From a virus, in the IMG/VR virus record IMGVR_UViG_3300034062_006954, positions 17,211 to 81,210 of that record: a DNA stretch of 64,000 nucleotides. One strand, written 5' to 3'. Made by a program: the position numbers and the translations under genes. Position 1 is the first letter of the stretch, and every line of letters starts with the position of its first letter. Positions 9,495 through 18,962 of the stretch are shown piece after piece. The notes beneath the pieces are model-generated. The model saw only the letters and a program-made list of their open reading frames with translations. It was not told the origin of the DNA and made no database searches.

Positions 9495-11294
9495 TCAATC
9501 GTTTAAAAGTTTACTTAATTGGTTTTCCATTTCACCTAAAAAATTTTTACCTTTAGATAAATCAATAAAAGAATCATCATCTAAAAGATTTTCACTCTCT
9601 AATAATATTTTTAAATTATCTCGATTGAAAGATTCAGGTGTCAAACCTCCCCCTTCTCCTCCAACTGGTGGTGGAGGTGGAGCTCCTCCAGGAGATGGTG
9701 GTGCACCTGCTCCTCCTCCTGTAGTCGTTGTTGTACCACTTTTTGTTGAGTATAACTTATCTAAGTTATCAAAAACACCAGTATGAGTTATAATTGTTGC
9801 AGTATTTTTCAATTCAGCACCAACTGCTTGTTCTATTCTTTGTTGTTGTAAGTCAATCTTAATTTCTTCATCAGAGAATCCAAGAATGTGTTTTTTAGCC
9901 CACGTGATTGAAACTGGCATAATACCTTCAGCACCTGCTGTTGTTGCCTCTTTATAAGCCGCAAATTTTTCTTTCCAAACATCAACTTTCAATAAATCAG
10001 CTTGAGTTGATGGATTTGTTAAACTTAATGTAAAGTTATTTAACTCGTCTTCAAATCCCAATAAGAATAAATGAATGATTGCTATTTTATTCATTTCAGC
10101 AACCATTGATTTTTGAATTCTATTAATTGTTCTTGCAAAACGAATATCAATTAACGATAAGTTTTTTCCATCCCCAACAGGTTCTTCAAATCCTAAAAAT
10201 GCTTTAGGTACACGTAATGCGGTAAGAAGTTTTTTCTGAATGTATTCAATATCGGCAATCTCACCTAAGTTTGTTCCACCCGCTAATGTTTCGATAGGGT
10301 TAGTTGCTGCAGGATCCCTCACAGGTATAAAATAATCTTGGTCAACAGCCATTTGATTAAATCTCATATCAACATTACCTGTTTGAGAATCAACTACCTG
10401 ACTACGTTTAAATTTGTTTGCAACACGTTGTACATATGGTTCAACATCCTTATCATCCATATTACCAACGAATACTTTAAATACCCTTCTTTCAGGAGCA
10501 CGAGAAGTTCTATATATCAACATCGCATCTTCAGATAACAATAATTGTTTCCAAATACGTCTTGCTTTTTCTAACATTGATGTACCATAAGGAAGTTTTC
10601 TATCATCACCTAATAAACGGAAGTGAGCAATTTCCCAAGAATTGAACTCCATATCCTTAGCCTTCCATTTAAATCTAAGACCCTTGTTTTCTGCAGGTTC
10701 TTCAACATTTTGTCTACTTGCTTGTGCTGGCATACCTCTTTCCAAACGTTCAATTTCAATGTTTGGTAATTGCATACAACCAACAACTCCTTTTTCTGAA
10801 TCCAATTTCAAATACACAAAGTTATCACCATACTTACAAGTATTCCTCGTCCACATAGGTAAATTTGTATTGATATCAAGTACATTGATAAACAAGTCTA
10901 TCAATATTGATTTAATTCTTTTTGATTCAGAATATATTTGCAACATATAACCATTATGGTCAACAGTTGTTGCTTCTTCACCATAAATGTCCAATGCTGC
11001 AGATATTTCTGGTGTATATTCCATACTTTCATAATCATAAAATGATGCCAACCTCGTTGGTTCATAATAAACTGCTTGAGTATATAAGTTACTTTCAATC
11101 TTTGTCCATTGATTGGCCAAATAATAAGTTTGTTGTGCTTGTAAAAGTTCCTTTTCGTATTCTTGTTTAGAAGGTGTACGTAGTAGTTCTTTTTTATCAA
11201 ACTTATAAGTTGGATAATCCTGATTTAATAAAGCATTAGGTCCGAAAGCGTGGGACAACCTTTGCCAAACTGTTAAATTATTTTTTTGTTCCAT
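9495..11294 (-). CDS. Portal protein (T4 gp20-like)
   Basis: PEISAALDI; LEKARRIWKQL.L.EDAMLIYR.SRAPERRVF.V.VGN; DYFIP.R; IETL.G; ALRVP. Confidence 0.95.
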   Translation of the reverse strand: MEQKNNLTVWQRLSHAFGPNALLNQDYPTYKFDKKELLRTPSKQEYEKELLQAQQTYYLANQWTKIESNLYTQAVYYEPTRLASFYDYESMEYTPEISAALDIYGEEATTVDHNGYMLQIYSESKRIKSILIDLFINVLDINTNLPMWTRNTCKYGDNFVYLKLDSEKGVVGCMQLPNIEIERLERGMPAQASRQNVEEPAENKGLRFKWKAKDMEFNSWEIAHFRLLGDDRKLPYGTSMLEKARRIWKQLLLSEDAMLIYRTSRAPERRVFKVFVGNMDDKDVEPYVQRVANKFKRSQVVDSQTGNVDMRFNQMAVDQDYFIPVRDPAATNPIETLAGGTNLGEIADIEYIQKKLLTALRVPKAFLGFEEPVGDGKNLSLIDIRFARTINRIQKSMVAEMNKIAIIHLFLLGFEDELNNFTLSLTNPSTQADLLKVDVWKEKFAAYKEATTAGAEGIMPVSITWAKKHILGFSDEEIKIDLQQQRIEQAVGAELKNTATIITHTGVFDNLDKLYSTKSGTTTTTGGGAGAPPSPGGAPPPPPVGGEGGGLTPESFNRDNLKILLESENLLDDDSFIDLSKGKNFLGEMENQLSKLLND

Positions 11295-11332
11295 AAATTT
11301 AATTTAATGAAAAATATCAATAATTAAATAAT

Positions 11333-11482
11333 TTAATTATTTTGATTTTTTTGGAGTTGGTCATTATTTTGTACAGACTTGTCTGTTGGTATAATTTTCT
11401 TTGTTGCAATTCCTTGTCCTGGTACATTTAATTTTGAACCATCAAATTTTTTACCCGATTTTTTTCTTCTTGTAACTCCCAT
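11333..11482 (-). CDS. Small basic protein
   Basis: MGVTRRKKSGKK start behind TATTTATA at 11494. Confidence 0.55.
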   Translation of the reverse strand: MGVTRRKKSGKKFDGSKLNVPGQGIATKKIIPTDKSVQNNDQLQKNQNN

Positions 11483-11501
11483 AATCTTTATTTTATAAAT
11501 A

Positions 11502-13265
11502 TTATCTACCACCAAATAACCAAGAATATTTCATATAATCCTCCTTGGAGATATTTTGATTTCTTTGATTTATTCTTTCGTGACCATAAGGTATTACAGG
11601 ATTAAAATCAATTTGTTTAGTAACCTCTTCATTATTACTTACAGACCATGAATCTAACATAGCTTTTGTTTGTTCAGTAACTTTTTCCAAATTACTAAAA
11701 GAAGACTCAGCAACATAAGTAGCCATTGCAATTGACATAATTAAATCATCATGTTGTCCCTTTTGATGGTCAGGTCTTCCATTTACATATACAAAAGTAT
11801 TCATTTCATCAAATAATCTTGAACTATGAATTTTAAATTCATGTCTCATTACCTCCTCAAATGATGCTATAATCTGAACACGTTTATTATTAAAATTAAT
11901 ACCTGGTATCTTATCTAAAGCCTTTGGATCATACTTCCATTTATTTGCCAAATCAACACCATCTATGTATAAATTTTTATAACCCATTTCTTGTAACTTT
12001 CTTGATGTCGCAACACCCATACCACCAGTTATATCTATTACGATAAAACAATTATACATATTACCCCACTTGTAACATATCTCAGCCATTGTATCAGGTG
12101 GAAGTTTTCCAACATATTCGGCAACTTGTTCACGTTCATCAAAATCGATAATTTGGAATGAACTAAAGTCCTCACTATCACCTCTACTAACATCCACACC
12201 CATAACGTACTTATGTCCCATTATTGGTTCTTTCCATATCCAAAGAGAATTACCAATCATTTTATTTTGGGGTTCTTTAATCATATTTTCTTTAACTCTT
12301 TGCATCATTAAAGAATCAAATACATTATCACCTGAACCAAGAAAATTACACTCTAACTCTTGTGAAACCTTACGTTTGTCATACTTAAGTTTCTTTACCA
12401 TACCCTCAAACCAAGATGAACAAGGTTTATACCCCGAATTCATCATTAACTTTAGTTCTTCAAAATTTCTTTCTTCAAAAGGAATTTGAGCCCAAGAAAT
12501 AATATCTTCTTTTGGATATTCTTCTTTGTTCAGTAAATAATGAATTGTATCTTGAGTTTTTACTAAAAATAAGTCTTTTGTATATCTTGGGTCTCTATAC
12601 CAAAACATTTCAGATATTTTGAAATCATTCATCCCTCTATTTGCTTGATTATAGATTTCATAATATATTGGGTCATAACCATTTGGTGTGGAAACCACAA
12701 TTACTTTACCACCAGTTGAAAGTGATGCCATACAAGCCGCCCAAAAGTCAGAATCAGCATCAATGAACGCAGCTTCGTCAAATACAAGAATTGTTGGAGT
12801 AAAACCACGAAGAGCATCCTTTGACGTTGCAACCGCTTTAACCTCACATCCATTGTTTGTCTTAAAATGTTTTTGAGAATCCTTATCTTTTGAAAAATCA
12901 ATTGCAACCCAAGATGGCCATTGAGTAATAAACATTCTAATTTTATTGGCCATCTCTTGAGATGTATCAAGTTTATTGGCGATTATTAGAATCTTTTCAG
13001 GTTTATTTTTTTTGGCAAATGCTATTTTCTTTGAAATCCAAGCAGCTGTTACTGTGGATACCCCAGCCTGACGATACTTTAAAGCAATGTTTTCATTGTA
13101 ATCTTCATAATCTTGTAATAGTGAAATTTGGTCAGGGAATAACTCCAATGGCACATATTTTGATACCGTATTATCGTAAGTTTCTAAATATGTTTTTAGT
13201 GCATATGTAGTATCCCTCATACACTTAACATACTCAATCATTACTTGTTCTTTTGTTAAACTCAT
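11502..13265 (-). CDS. Terminase large subunit (T4 gp17-like)
   Basis: KYRQAGVST Walker A; LVFDEAAF Walker B; STPNG; QELEC.F; GVDVSRG..D.S; HDDL. Confidence 0.95.
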   Translation of the reverse strand: MSLTKEQVMIEYVKCMRDTTYALKTYLETYDNTVSKYVPLELFPDQISLLQDYEDYNENIALKYRQAGVSTVTAAWISKKIAFAKKNKPEKILIIANKLDTSQEMANKIRMFITQWPSWVAIDFSKDKDSQKHFKTNNGCEVKAVATSKDALRGFTPTILVFDEAAFIDADSDFWAACMASLSTGGKVIVVSTPNGYDPIYYEIYNQANRGMNDFKISEMFWYRDPRYTKDLFLVKTQDTIHYLLNKEEYPKEDIISWAQIPFEERNFEELKLMMNSGYKPCSSWFEGMVKKLKYDKRKVSQELECNFLGSGDNVFDSLMMQRVKENMIKEPQNKMIGNSLWIWKEPIMGHKYVMGVDVSRGDSEDFSSFQIIDFDEREQVAEYVGKLPPDTMAEICYKWGNMYNCFIVIDITGGMGVATSRKLQEMGYKNLYIDGVDLANKWKYDPKALDKIPGINFNNKRVQIIASFEEVMRHEFKIHSSRLFDEMNTFVYVNGRPDHQKGQHDDLIMSIAMATYVAESSFSNLEKVTEQTKAMLDSWSVSNNEEVTKQIDFNPVIPYGHERINQRNQNISKEDYMKYSWLFGGR

Positions 13266-13288
13266 AAATGTTTTTTTATAAATATAAA

Positions 13289-13318
13289 AACCCCCACTTA
13301 TTTATAAATGGGGGTTTT
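13289..13318. terminator. Intrinsic terminator
   Basis: AACCCCCA...TGGGGGTT hairpin with A/T tails. Confidence 0.65.
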
Positions 13319-13328
13319 AAAGTTATTT

Positions 13329-14486
13329 TTAATCTTCATCATCTACATCATATACATCCCAATCATCGGGATTAAAATCATCGTCATCGTACTCATCTTC
13401 CTCAGGTTCAATTGGTTCTACCTTTTTTTCTGTTTTCATAATTTTTTCGTAATCTGGTTTTTCAATTTTCGGTGAATTTTTTTTGATTGTGTTTACAATT
13501 AATTGAGAAAATTCTTCAAACTTTTTCATTCCAGCTGGTTTTCCACCTAACACACCATCGTACATAATTTCGTTAAATAACTTTGGTTTATCATTTGCTA
13601 ATTTGTTGAATTGAGTTTGAATTGCCCCATCCATCCAAGTTTCATAACCATCAATTAATTCACCCCATAAAAATCTTAATTTAGAACTAATTTCTCTACC
13701 AGTAATCATATTCTTAATTTCGTGTTTATGAGTATCGGTAATTTTCGTGAGAGTATTATTAATAGTTTTGTCTTTTGGTAAGTATAACAACGAATTGAAG
13801 TATCTTCCCGCTTTATATAATTCGTGTACCAATAATGGAAAATGTGGAGCTCTAACTTGTATCACCCAACCACCAGGATTAGAATTATCGGGTATAACAT
13901 CAGCAAATGCAACCCTACCAACCGCTTGTTCAGCCATTCTTTCCAACATTGCAACATTATCATTATAGAAAATCGTTGCAGAATTTTCGAATTGTTTGTA
14001 TTTGTTAATTAAATCGGGATCCATTTGATTTAATTGACTTTCTATTTCTTTGTAGGCATTAAATCCTTCAGACCAAGCAGTACCTTGAGTTGTCGCATTA
14101 ATAAAATTTCTTGCCTTAACACGTTCATCAAATTCAGGGTCAACTTCTTTTGCCTTTTCTATTTGTTGTGGTGTAACTTTTTGTGGTGTTGTACGAACTG
14201 TGGCATTTGTTGAAAATTCAACATCCATTCTAATAGTCCCATTATCAACTCTTTCTTTTATCTTTGGAAATTTACTAAAAAATATTGCCAAAGCTAACTT
14301 TAAAAGTTTATCACGATGTTGAGATTCCAAAGATGGTAAATAGCTCATTAACTGACCCATATTATTATTACTACCACCTTCTTCTTTCGCCCTTTGATAT
14401 TTTCTATTTTGAGCACCAAGAATCTTTTCCTTAGCATCTTGACTTAGAAAATCATCAACTGGTGCCTCATATAAAAGTATTTTCAT
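13329..14486 (-). CDS. Hypothetical protein, acidic tail, HELYK motif
   Basis: 385-aa ORF coupled to the upstream gene. Confidence 0.75.
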   Translation of the reverse strand: MKILLYEAPVDDFLSQDAKEKILGAQNRKYQRAKEEGGSNNNMGQLMSYLPSLESQHRDKLLKLALAIFFSKFPKIKERVDNGTIRMDVEFSTNATVRTTPQKVTPQQIEKAKEVDPEFDERVKARNFINATTQGTAWSEGFNAYKEIESQLNQMDPDLINKYKQFENSATIFYNDNVAMLERMAEQAVGRVAFADVIPDNSNPGGWVIQVRAPHFPLLVHELYKAGRYFNSLLYLPKDKTINNTLTKITDTHKHEIKNMITGREISSKLRFLWGELIDGYETWMDGAIQTQFNKLANDKPKLFNEIMYDGVLGGKPAGMKKFEEFSQLIVNTIKKNSPKIEKPDYEKIMKTEKKVEPIEPEEDEYDDDDFNPDDWDVYDVDDED

Positions 14487-14487
14487 A

Positions 14488-15696
14488 TTATTTTAAATAT
14501 TTTAATGGTTTGTGATATGCTTCATCCATCCTTCTCATAGCTTTATAAAACTCATCTTTAAATTTACTCATATGTCTTCTATCATGGGCTTGAGGTTCAG
14601 GCTCAACTTCAGGATTAGGAACCATTGGTTCATCTTCTTCTGGTGACCATTCAGGTTCTTTTTCTCTGTCAGGTTTAATTCTTGGTTTGATACCTGGTTC
14701 GATAGTTGGAGCAAATGGGTCATTCATACTAAATTTACTTCTTCTCTTTGCTTGAGGTTCAGGCTCAACTTCAGGATTAGGAACCATTGGTTCATCTTCT
14801 TCTGGTGACCATTCAGGTTCTTTCTCCCTATCAGGTTTAATTCTAGGTTTGATACCAGGTTCAATTGTTGGTGCGAATGGGTCATTCATCGTAAAATCTT
14901 CATCAATTTCCGTTTCCTCATAATAGAAATCTTCTTTTAATGATTTTCTTTTTCTAAGTTCACCCTCAATTAACTTCATTAAATCTTTCTTTTTCATAGC
15001 TGGTTGTAAATCTTTAATAATTATATTTTCAATATGTTCTTTAAGTGCTGCATCAAATTTTAAACTAGGTGAAACCTTGCCTAAATTTTCTCTGTAACCA
15101 CCCAATGCTCCACTTTTGACCATATCTAAATAACTTTCTTTAGTTTCTTTCTTTTTGTATTTTACAGTCTTTTCAGGATGTTTTTTTTCAGGCATAGTTT
15201 TGTATTGTTTCTTAGATGTACTCTTAGAAAATTCTTTAGCCATCTTACACCATTTACAATCCTCAGTTTTACATTTGTTACAACGAGCCCAAAATAATTT
15301 TTGTTGTGCCTTTGATTCAAATTTTTCACTTATCTGACCAGTACCATCATCATAATCATCCATTCCATCGTCTGTATCAGGACCTACTTGTTTAGGTTCT
15401 TGTGTTCTACCTTTTAAAGCCCAATTGATATTAGTTTCCTCTTCACTATCATCCTCAGTTAATTTTACATTTTTACATTTAGGGTCTGATTGATTTTGCA
15501 AACAAAAATTAGCTAATTTTAAATCTTCAGGTTTTGTTTTGTCTAATAACGTGGTAACAATTTGTGTAGCCTCTTTATTTTCCTTTTTGGACATTTTTTC
15601 GAACAACAAATTGATTTTACTTTCATTCAAAGTTGAAATGAATTTTGAAGTAAATCCGTTATTTAATAATAAACTAATTTTTTTATTTAAATTCAT
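14488..15696 (-). CDS. Hypothetical (probably virion) protein with Cys cluster and a 54-aa Pro/Glu tandem duplication
   Basis: ESKAQQKLFWARC..C....C..C; MNDPFAPTIEPGIKP...EPQA twice. Confidence 0.75.
   Translation of the reverse strand: MNLNKKISLLLNNGFTSKFISTLNESKINLLFEKMSKKENKEATQIVTTLLDKTKPEDLKLANFCLQNQSDPKCKNVKLTEDDSEEETNINWALKGRTQEPKQVGPDTDDGMDDYDDGTGQISEKFESKAQQKLFWARCNKCKTEDCKWCKMAKEFSKSTSKKQYKTMPEKKHPEKTVKYKKKETKESYLDMVKSGALGGYRENLGKVSPSLKFDAALKEHIENIIIKDLQPAMKKKDLMKLIEGELRKRKSLKEDFYYEETEIDEDFTMNDPFAPTIEPGIKPRIKPDREKEPEWSPEEDEPMVPNPEVEPEPQAKRRSKFSMNDPFAPTIEPGIKPRIKPDREKEPEWSPEEDEPMVPNPEVEPEPQAHDRRHMSKFKDEFYKAMRRMDEAYHKPLKYLK
14588..14890. repeat. Intragenic direct repeat, 162-bp period
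   Basis: gcttgaggttcaggctc at 14588 and 14750. Confidence 0.9.
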
Positions 15697-16093
15697 AATT
15701 TAATTTTTTTTCAAATTCAAGAACAATATCCCTCTCGTATAATTTATTTTTAACAACCTCCTCACTATCTCCAAATCTGAAAACTAACCTTTTTACTATA
15801 TCAAAATTTATAGATTCATTTTCATTTTCCCAAGCTAATGCAATTACATCATCAGTTGCATCTATCATTGAAAAATAATCGGACTTTTGAATTACTGACA
15901 ATGTTATTTTATCATTTTTCAAAACTCCGACTTTCTTAATATGTTCTATGTCTGGTGGACTTGGATAACCATTAGATGGTTTTGATTCCCACATTTCTCC
16001 CCACACATCTTCTACTCTGTCTGAAAAAATAAACTCGTATATATTATCACCTCGATAATTAGGTCCCAGTTCATTTACGTAAATTAAAAACAT
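15683..16093 (-). CDS. Hypothetical protein
   Basis: 136-aa ORF overlapping its neighbours. Confidence 0.75.
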   Translation of the reverse strand: MFLIYVNELGPNYRGDNIYEFIFSDRVEDVWGEMWESKPSNGYPSPPDIEHIKKVGVLKNDKITLSVIQKSDYFSMIDATDDVIALAWENENESINFDIVKRLVFRFGDSEEVVKNKLYERDIVLEFEKKLNYEFK

Positions 16094-17316
16094 TATAGGA
16101 TATTACCTTTTGGAGTTATTTTAAATTTAGCTTCACTTAAATTGAATACCAAGTTATTTTTTTCTGTTTTACCTAAAAAAACTGCTTGAGGATATTCTTT
16201 CATAAATCTCTTAGTTGTTTTTTCTTGTGCATAAGACTCATAAAGTCCATTAGAAACTTTAGTAGTTTTTTTAGTCTCACCAAAATATTTACCCAATACT
16301 TTATCAACGTGAGATTCATTAAACATTCCCTCAATCATTTCTTCCATTTTGTTAACATAATGGTCTCTCTTTTCTCTTCTTCCATGTCTTGGGTACATTT
16401 CAGCCATTTCCCCACCTGCAGGAGGCGTTGGCGGTGTTGTCATTTCTTCTTCACCACCCTCTGGTGCTGGGGGTGTTGTCATTTCTTCTTCTCCACCTTC
16501 CATTTCTGGTTCACCCATTCCTTCTTCCCCACCTTCCATATCTTCACCACCCTCAAATCTTGACATTATTTCATCTAAATCATCTTCTTCCAAATTATCT
16601 AAATTTAAAGCTGATAAAACAGAATTGATAACGTATTTAATATCTTTGGAACTCATCTCATTTTCTTCGTCAGATAAAAATGTTCTGATTTTTTGTGCCA
16701 ATTTACCTGTTGCTTTTTGAATAGATTTGAATGATACTTCTTCCTCTTCGTCTCCCTCAGGTTCTTCTGTTCCCATTTCAGGTTCAGGCATTTCTTCTCC
16801 CCCTTCAGATGGTGGTGGAGTTGTCATTTCTTCTCCTCCTGCTGGTGGTGGAGGTGTCGTCATTTCTTCTCCTCCTCCAGCAGGTGCTGGTGCTGGTACT
16901 TGTGGATTTGCTTCAGGTGCCGCATCTTGTTCAGTTGTTAAATAATATTCCACTTCTCTATCATCTTCTAAAAATAAAGAAACATTCTTATTATAACCTT
17001 CATATTTGTTAACTTCGTTAGCAACTATATTTAATCTCTTAAGAGCTTGAGAATAAGATGAATAATATTTTCTATTTTTCATAGGCTCAATATAAACAGA
17101 ATTGGACTCATTCAAACCTCTCTTAATTACATAACCATTTTTTTCTTTAACAATGTGATATGTATTACCATCAGCCAAAAGTTTTTTAAACTCATTTGAT
17201 TTTGTTTCGTTAATTGATTGAGGTACGTGCAAATTATAGTTTGCTATTTGAATCATTCTATTTATTTTATCGATTCCTTCTAATTTTTCACTTCCAATTG
17301 GTTTTAAATTTCCCAT
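16093..17316 (-). CDS. Probable prohead core protein with GGEEMTTPPP low-complexity repeats
   Basis: Repeats; many [LI]xE sites; late motif at 17335. Confidence 0.6.
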   Translation of the reverse strand: MGNLKPIGSEKLEGIDKINRMIQIANYNLHVPQSINETKSNEFKKLLADGNTYHIVKEKNGYVIKRGLNESNSVYIEPMKNRKYYSSYSQALKRLNIVANEVNKYEGYNKNVSLFLEDDREVEYYLTTEQDAAPEANPQVPAPAPAGGGEEMTTPPPPAGGEEMTTPPPSEGGEEMPEPEMGTEEPEGDEEEEVSFKSIQKATGKLAQKIRTFLSDEENEMSSKDIKYVINSVLSALNLDNLEEDDLDEIMSRFEGGEDMEGGEEGMGEPEMEGGEEEMTTPPAPEGGEEEMTTPPTPPAGGEMAEMYPRHGRREKRDHYVNKMEEMIEGMFNESHVDKVLGKYFGETKKTTKVSNGLYESYAQEKTTKRFMKEYPQAVFLGKTEKNNLVFNLSEAKFKITPKGNIL

Positions 17317-17353
17317 ATTTTTTTTGTTTTTTAATATAAATATATTGAAATAA

Positions 17354-18097
17354 CTAATTCTTTATTCTTTCTTTTAAAGAAAGTTTTTTATCTATTAAAT
17401 TAATTGGTATATTGTATAGTTTCTCAATGTATCCATTTCTACGAAGAACTTTAAATACTAAATTTTGTAGTCCCATTTCACCTCCAGATTGTAGTCCTGA
17501 TAGTCTATATTTTTTGAGTTTGTCTTTTATTGATTTAACAGATTTTCTGATAGATTCAATATCTTCATCATCAAGGTTTTTGATTAATGTATCAATCAAA
17601 CTCATCCACTTTTTTGCATTCCTAATTATTTCTTCTTTCTTTACACCTAAATTTTCTTTAGTTGGTTTTTTAATCCATTGGTCATTTAAAACTGAATAAA
17701 CACCCCCACTAACTCCCTTCAAAGCACTATCTTCAACAAAAACTTCAACATCATATCCAAACATTTTTATATCTCTCTTTTGATTAAAAACTATTTTTTT
17801 CAAATCAAAAAACTCAACATATAAATCTTTATATTCTTTTATGAATTGTTTATAGTCAACTAATATGTGTAAATCAACGTCAGAATATTCCGACCAATTA
17901 TAGTTTGCAATTGACCCTGTTACAATAATATCATCAATAACAACATCAAGTCCAAATGAATCGATGAATTGATAGGCAATTTCCAATAAGTTTTTTCTAA
18001 CTTGTGGATTAATCTTATTACCATCTTTTTCCCATATTTTGGGTTGTAATGTTTTTTGTGGTGTAAAACTTGAAATTACTTTGTTTAAAGGCTCCAT
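17354..18097 (-). CDS. Pol-beta superfamily nucleotidyltransferase
   Basis: TGSIANYNWSEYSDVDLH (GS...DxD) plus third acidic residue in DVEVFVE. Confidence 0.85.
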   Translation of the reverse strand: MEPLNKVISSFTPQKTLQPKIWEKDGNKINPQVRKNLLEIAYQFIDSFGLDVVIDDIIVTGSIANYNWSEYSDVDLHILVDYKQFIKEYKDLYVEFFDLKKIVFNQKRDIKMFGYDVEVFVEDSALKGVSGGVYSVLNDQWIKKPTKENLGVKKEEIIRNAKKWMSLIDTLIKNLDDEDIESIRKSVKSIKDKLKKYRLSGLQSGGEMGLQNLVFKVLRRNGYIEKLYNIPINLIDKKLSLKERIKN

Positions 18098-18130
18098 CTA
18101 TAATAAATATTTGATTTACCTTTATAATTA

Positions 18131-18373
18131 TCACAACCTCTTGTATTTAAAAGTTTTTGCAATTTTTGAATTAAAAAACTTACCTTGAGATTCTGACATC
18201 CTAAATTGAGTGTAGATTTGATGTGGGACATTTTCATATGAATATTTCATACCATTATTGAATTCTACAATCAATTCTTTTGACTCAGTATCAAATTCAG
18301 TTCTTTTAATATTACTTGATTGAATTTCGTTAATAATTTTTGTACCTCTAATTTCTTCTCTTATAATTCCCAT
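18131..18373 (-). CDS. KTSC domain protein
   Basis: SSNI....FD....L.VEF.NG..Y.Y.NVP...Y..F..SESQG.FFN..I. Confidence 0.9.
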   Translation of the reverse strand: MGIIREEIRGTKIINEIQSSNIKRTEFDTESKELIVEFNNGMKYSYENVPHQIYTQFRMSESQGKFFNSKIAKTFKYKRL

Positions 18374-18409
18374 ACAATAAAATTTAAAACCCCCATTCGG
18401 GGGTTATTA

Positions 18410-18823
18410 TTAATTTATATTTTTAAGTTCATCTCTAATTTCGATAGCCCTTTCAAAGTTTTGTTCTTGAATAGCCAAATCCAATTCTTTTTTCAACTTA
18501 TCGATTTTTGTATCATTTTTTTCCAAATCTTTTATTTGATCCCTCAACTTTGCAGCCTCTTCAAAATTTTGAGTTTCAATACATTCATTTAACTTTCTTT
18601 GTAATTCTTCTTTTGGACCTCTTCCAGCTTCCCACTTTGTTTTCGTTTTTTTATTTGAAAAAAGATAATTTGTAAAAACTATGAAATTCAAATCAGGTCT
18701 AAGTTTATACCCCTTTTTAAAATCATCATTAGTTGGAGCTTCAAAATCAAAAGTACCATTTAATCCATTACTTAAAAAATCTTTAAGAATTTCTTCAAAA
18801 CTTTTATAATTTCTTCTGTTCAT
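18410..18823 (-). CDS. Protein with two UvrB/UvrC (UVR) coiled-coil motifs
   Basis: QNFEEAAKLRDQIK and QNFERAIEIRDELK. Confidence 0.85.
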   Translation of the reverse strand: MNRRNYKSFEEILKDFLSNGLNGTFDFEAPTNDDFKKGYKLRPDLNFIVFTNYLFSNKKTKTKWEAGRGPKEELQRKLNECIETQNFEEAAKLRDQIKDLEKNDTKIDKLKKELDLAIQEQNFERAIEIRDELKNIN

Positions 18824-18962
18824 ATATTATTTTATTTATTTTATTTTTATTATAATGAGAAATATACACAAAAAATACAATAAAATCAACTAGTTCATAA
18901 AACGTTATTTATAGATAGTTGAAATTGAAAAATAAAACATTATTATTAGGATAAAAAAATTT

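Noticed and set aside
3341-13265. Introns or inteins in capsid, portal or terminase
   Set aside because: ORFs are continuous with no splicing motifs; the extra capsid length looks like an insertion domain.
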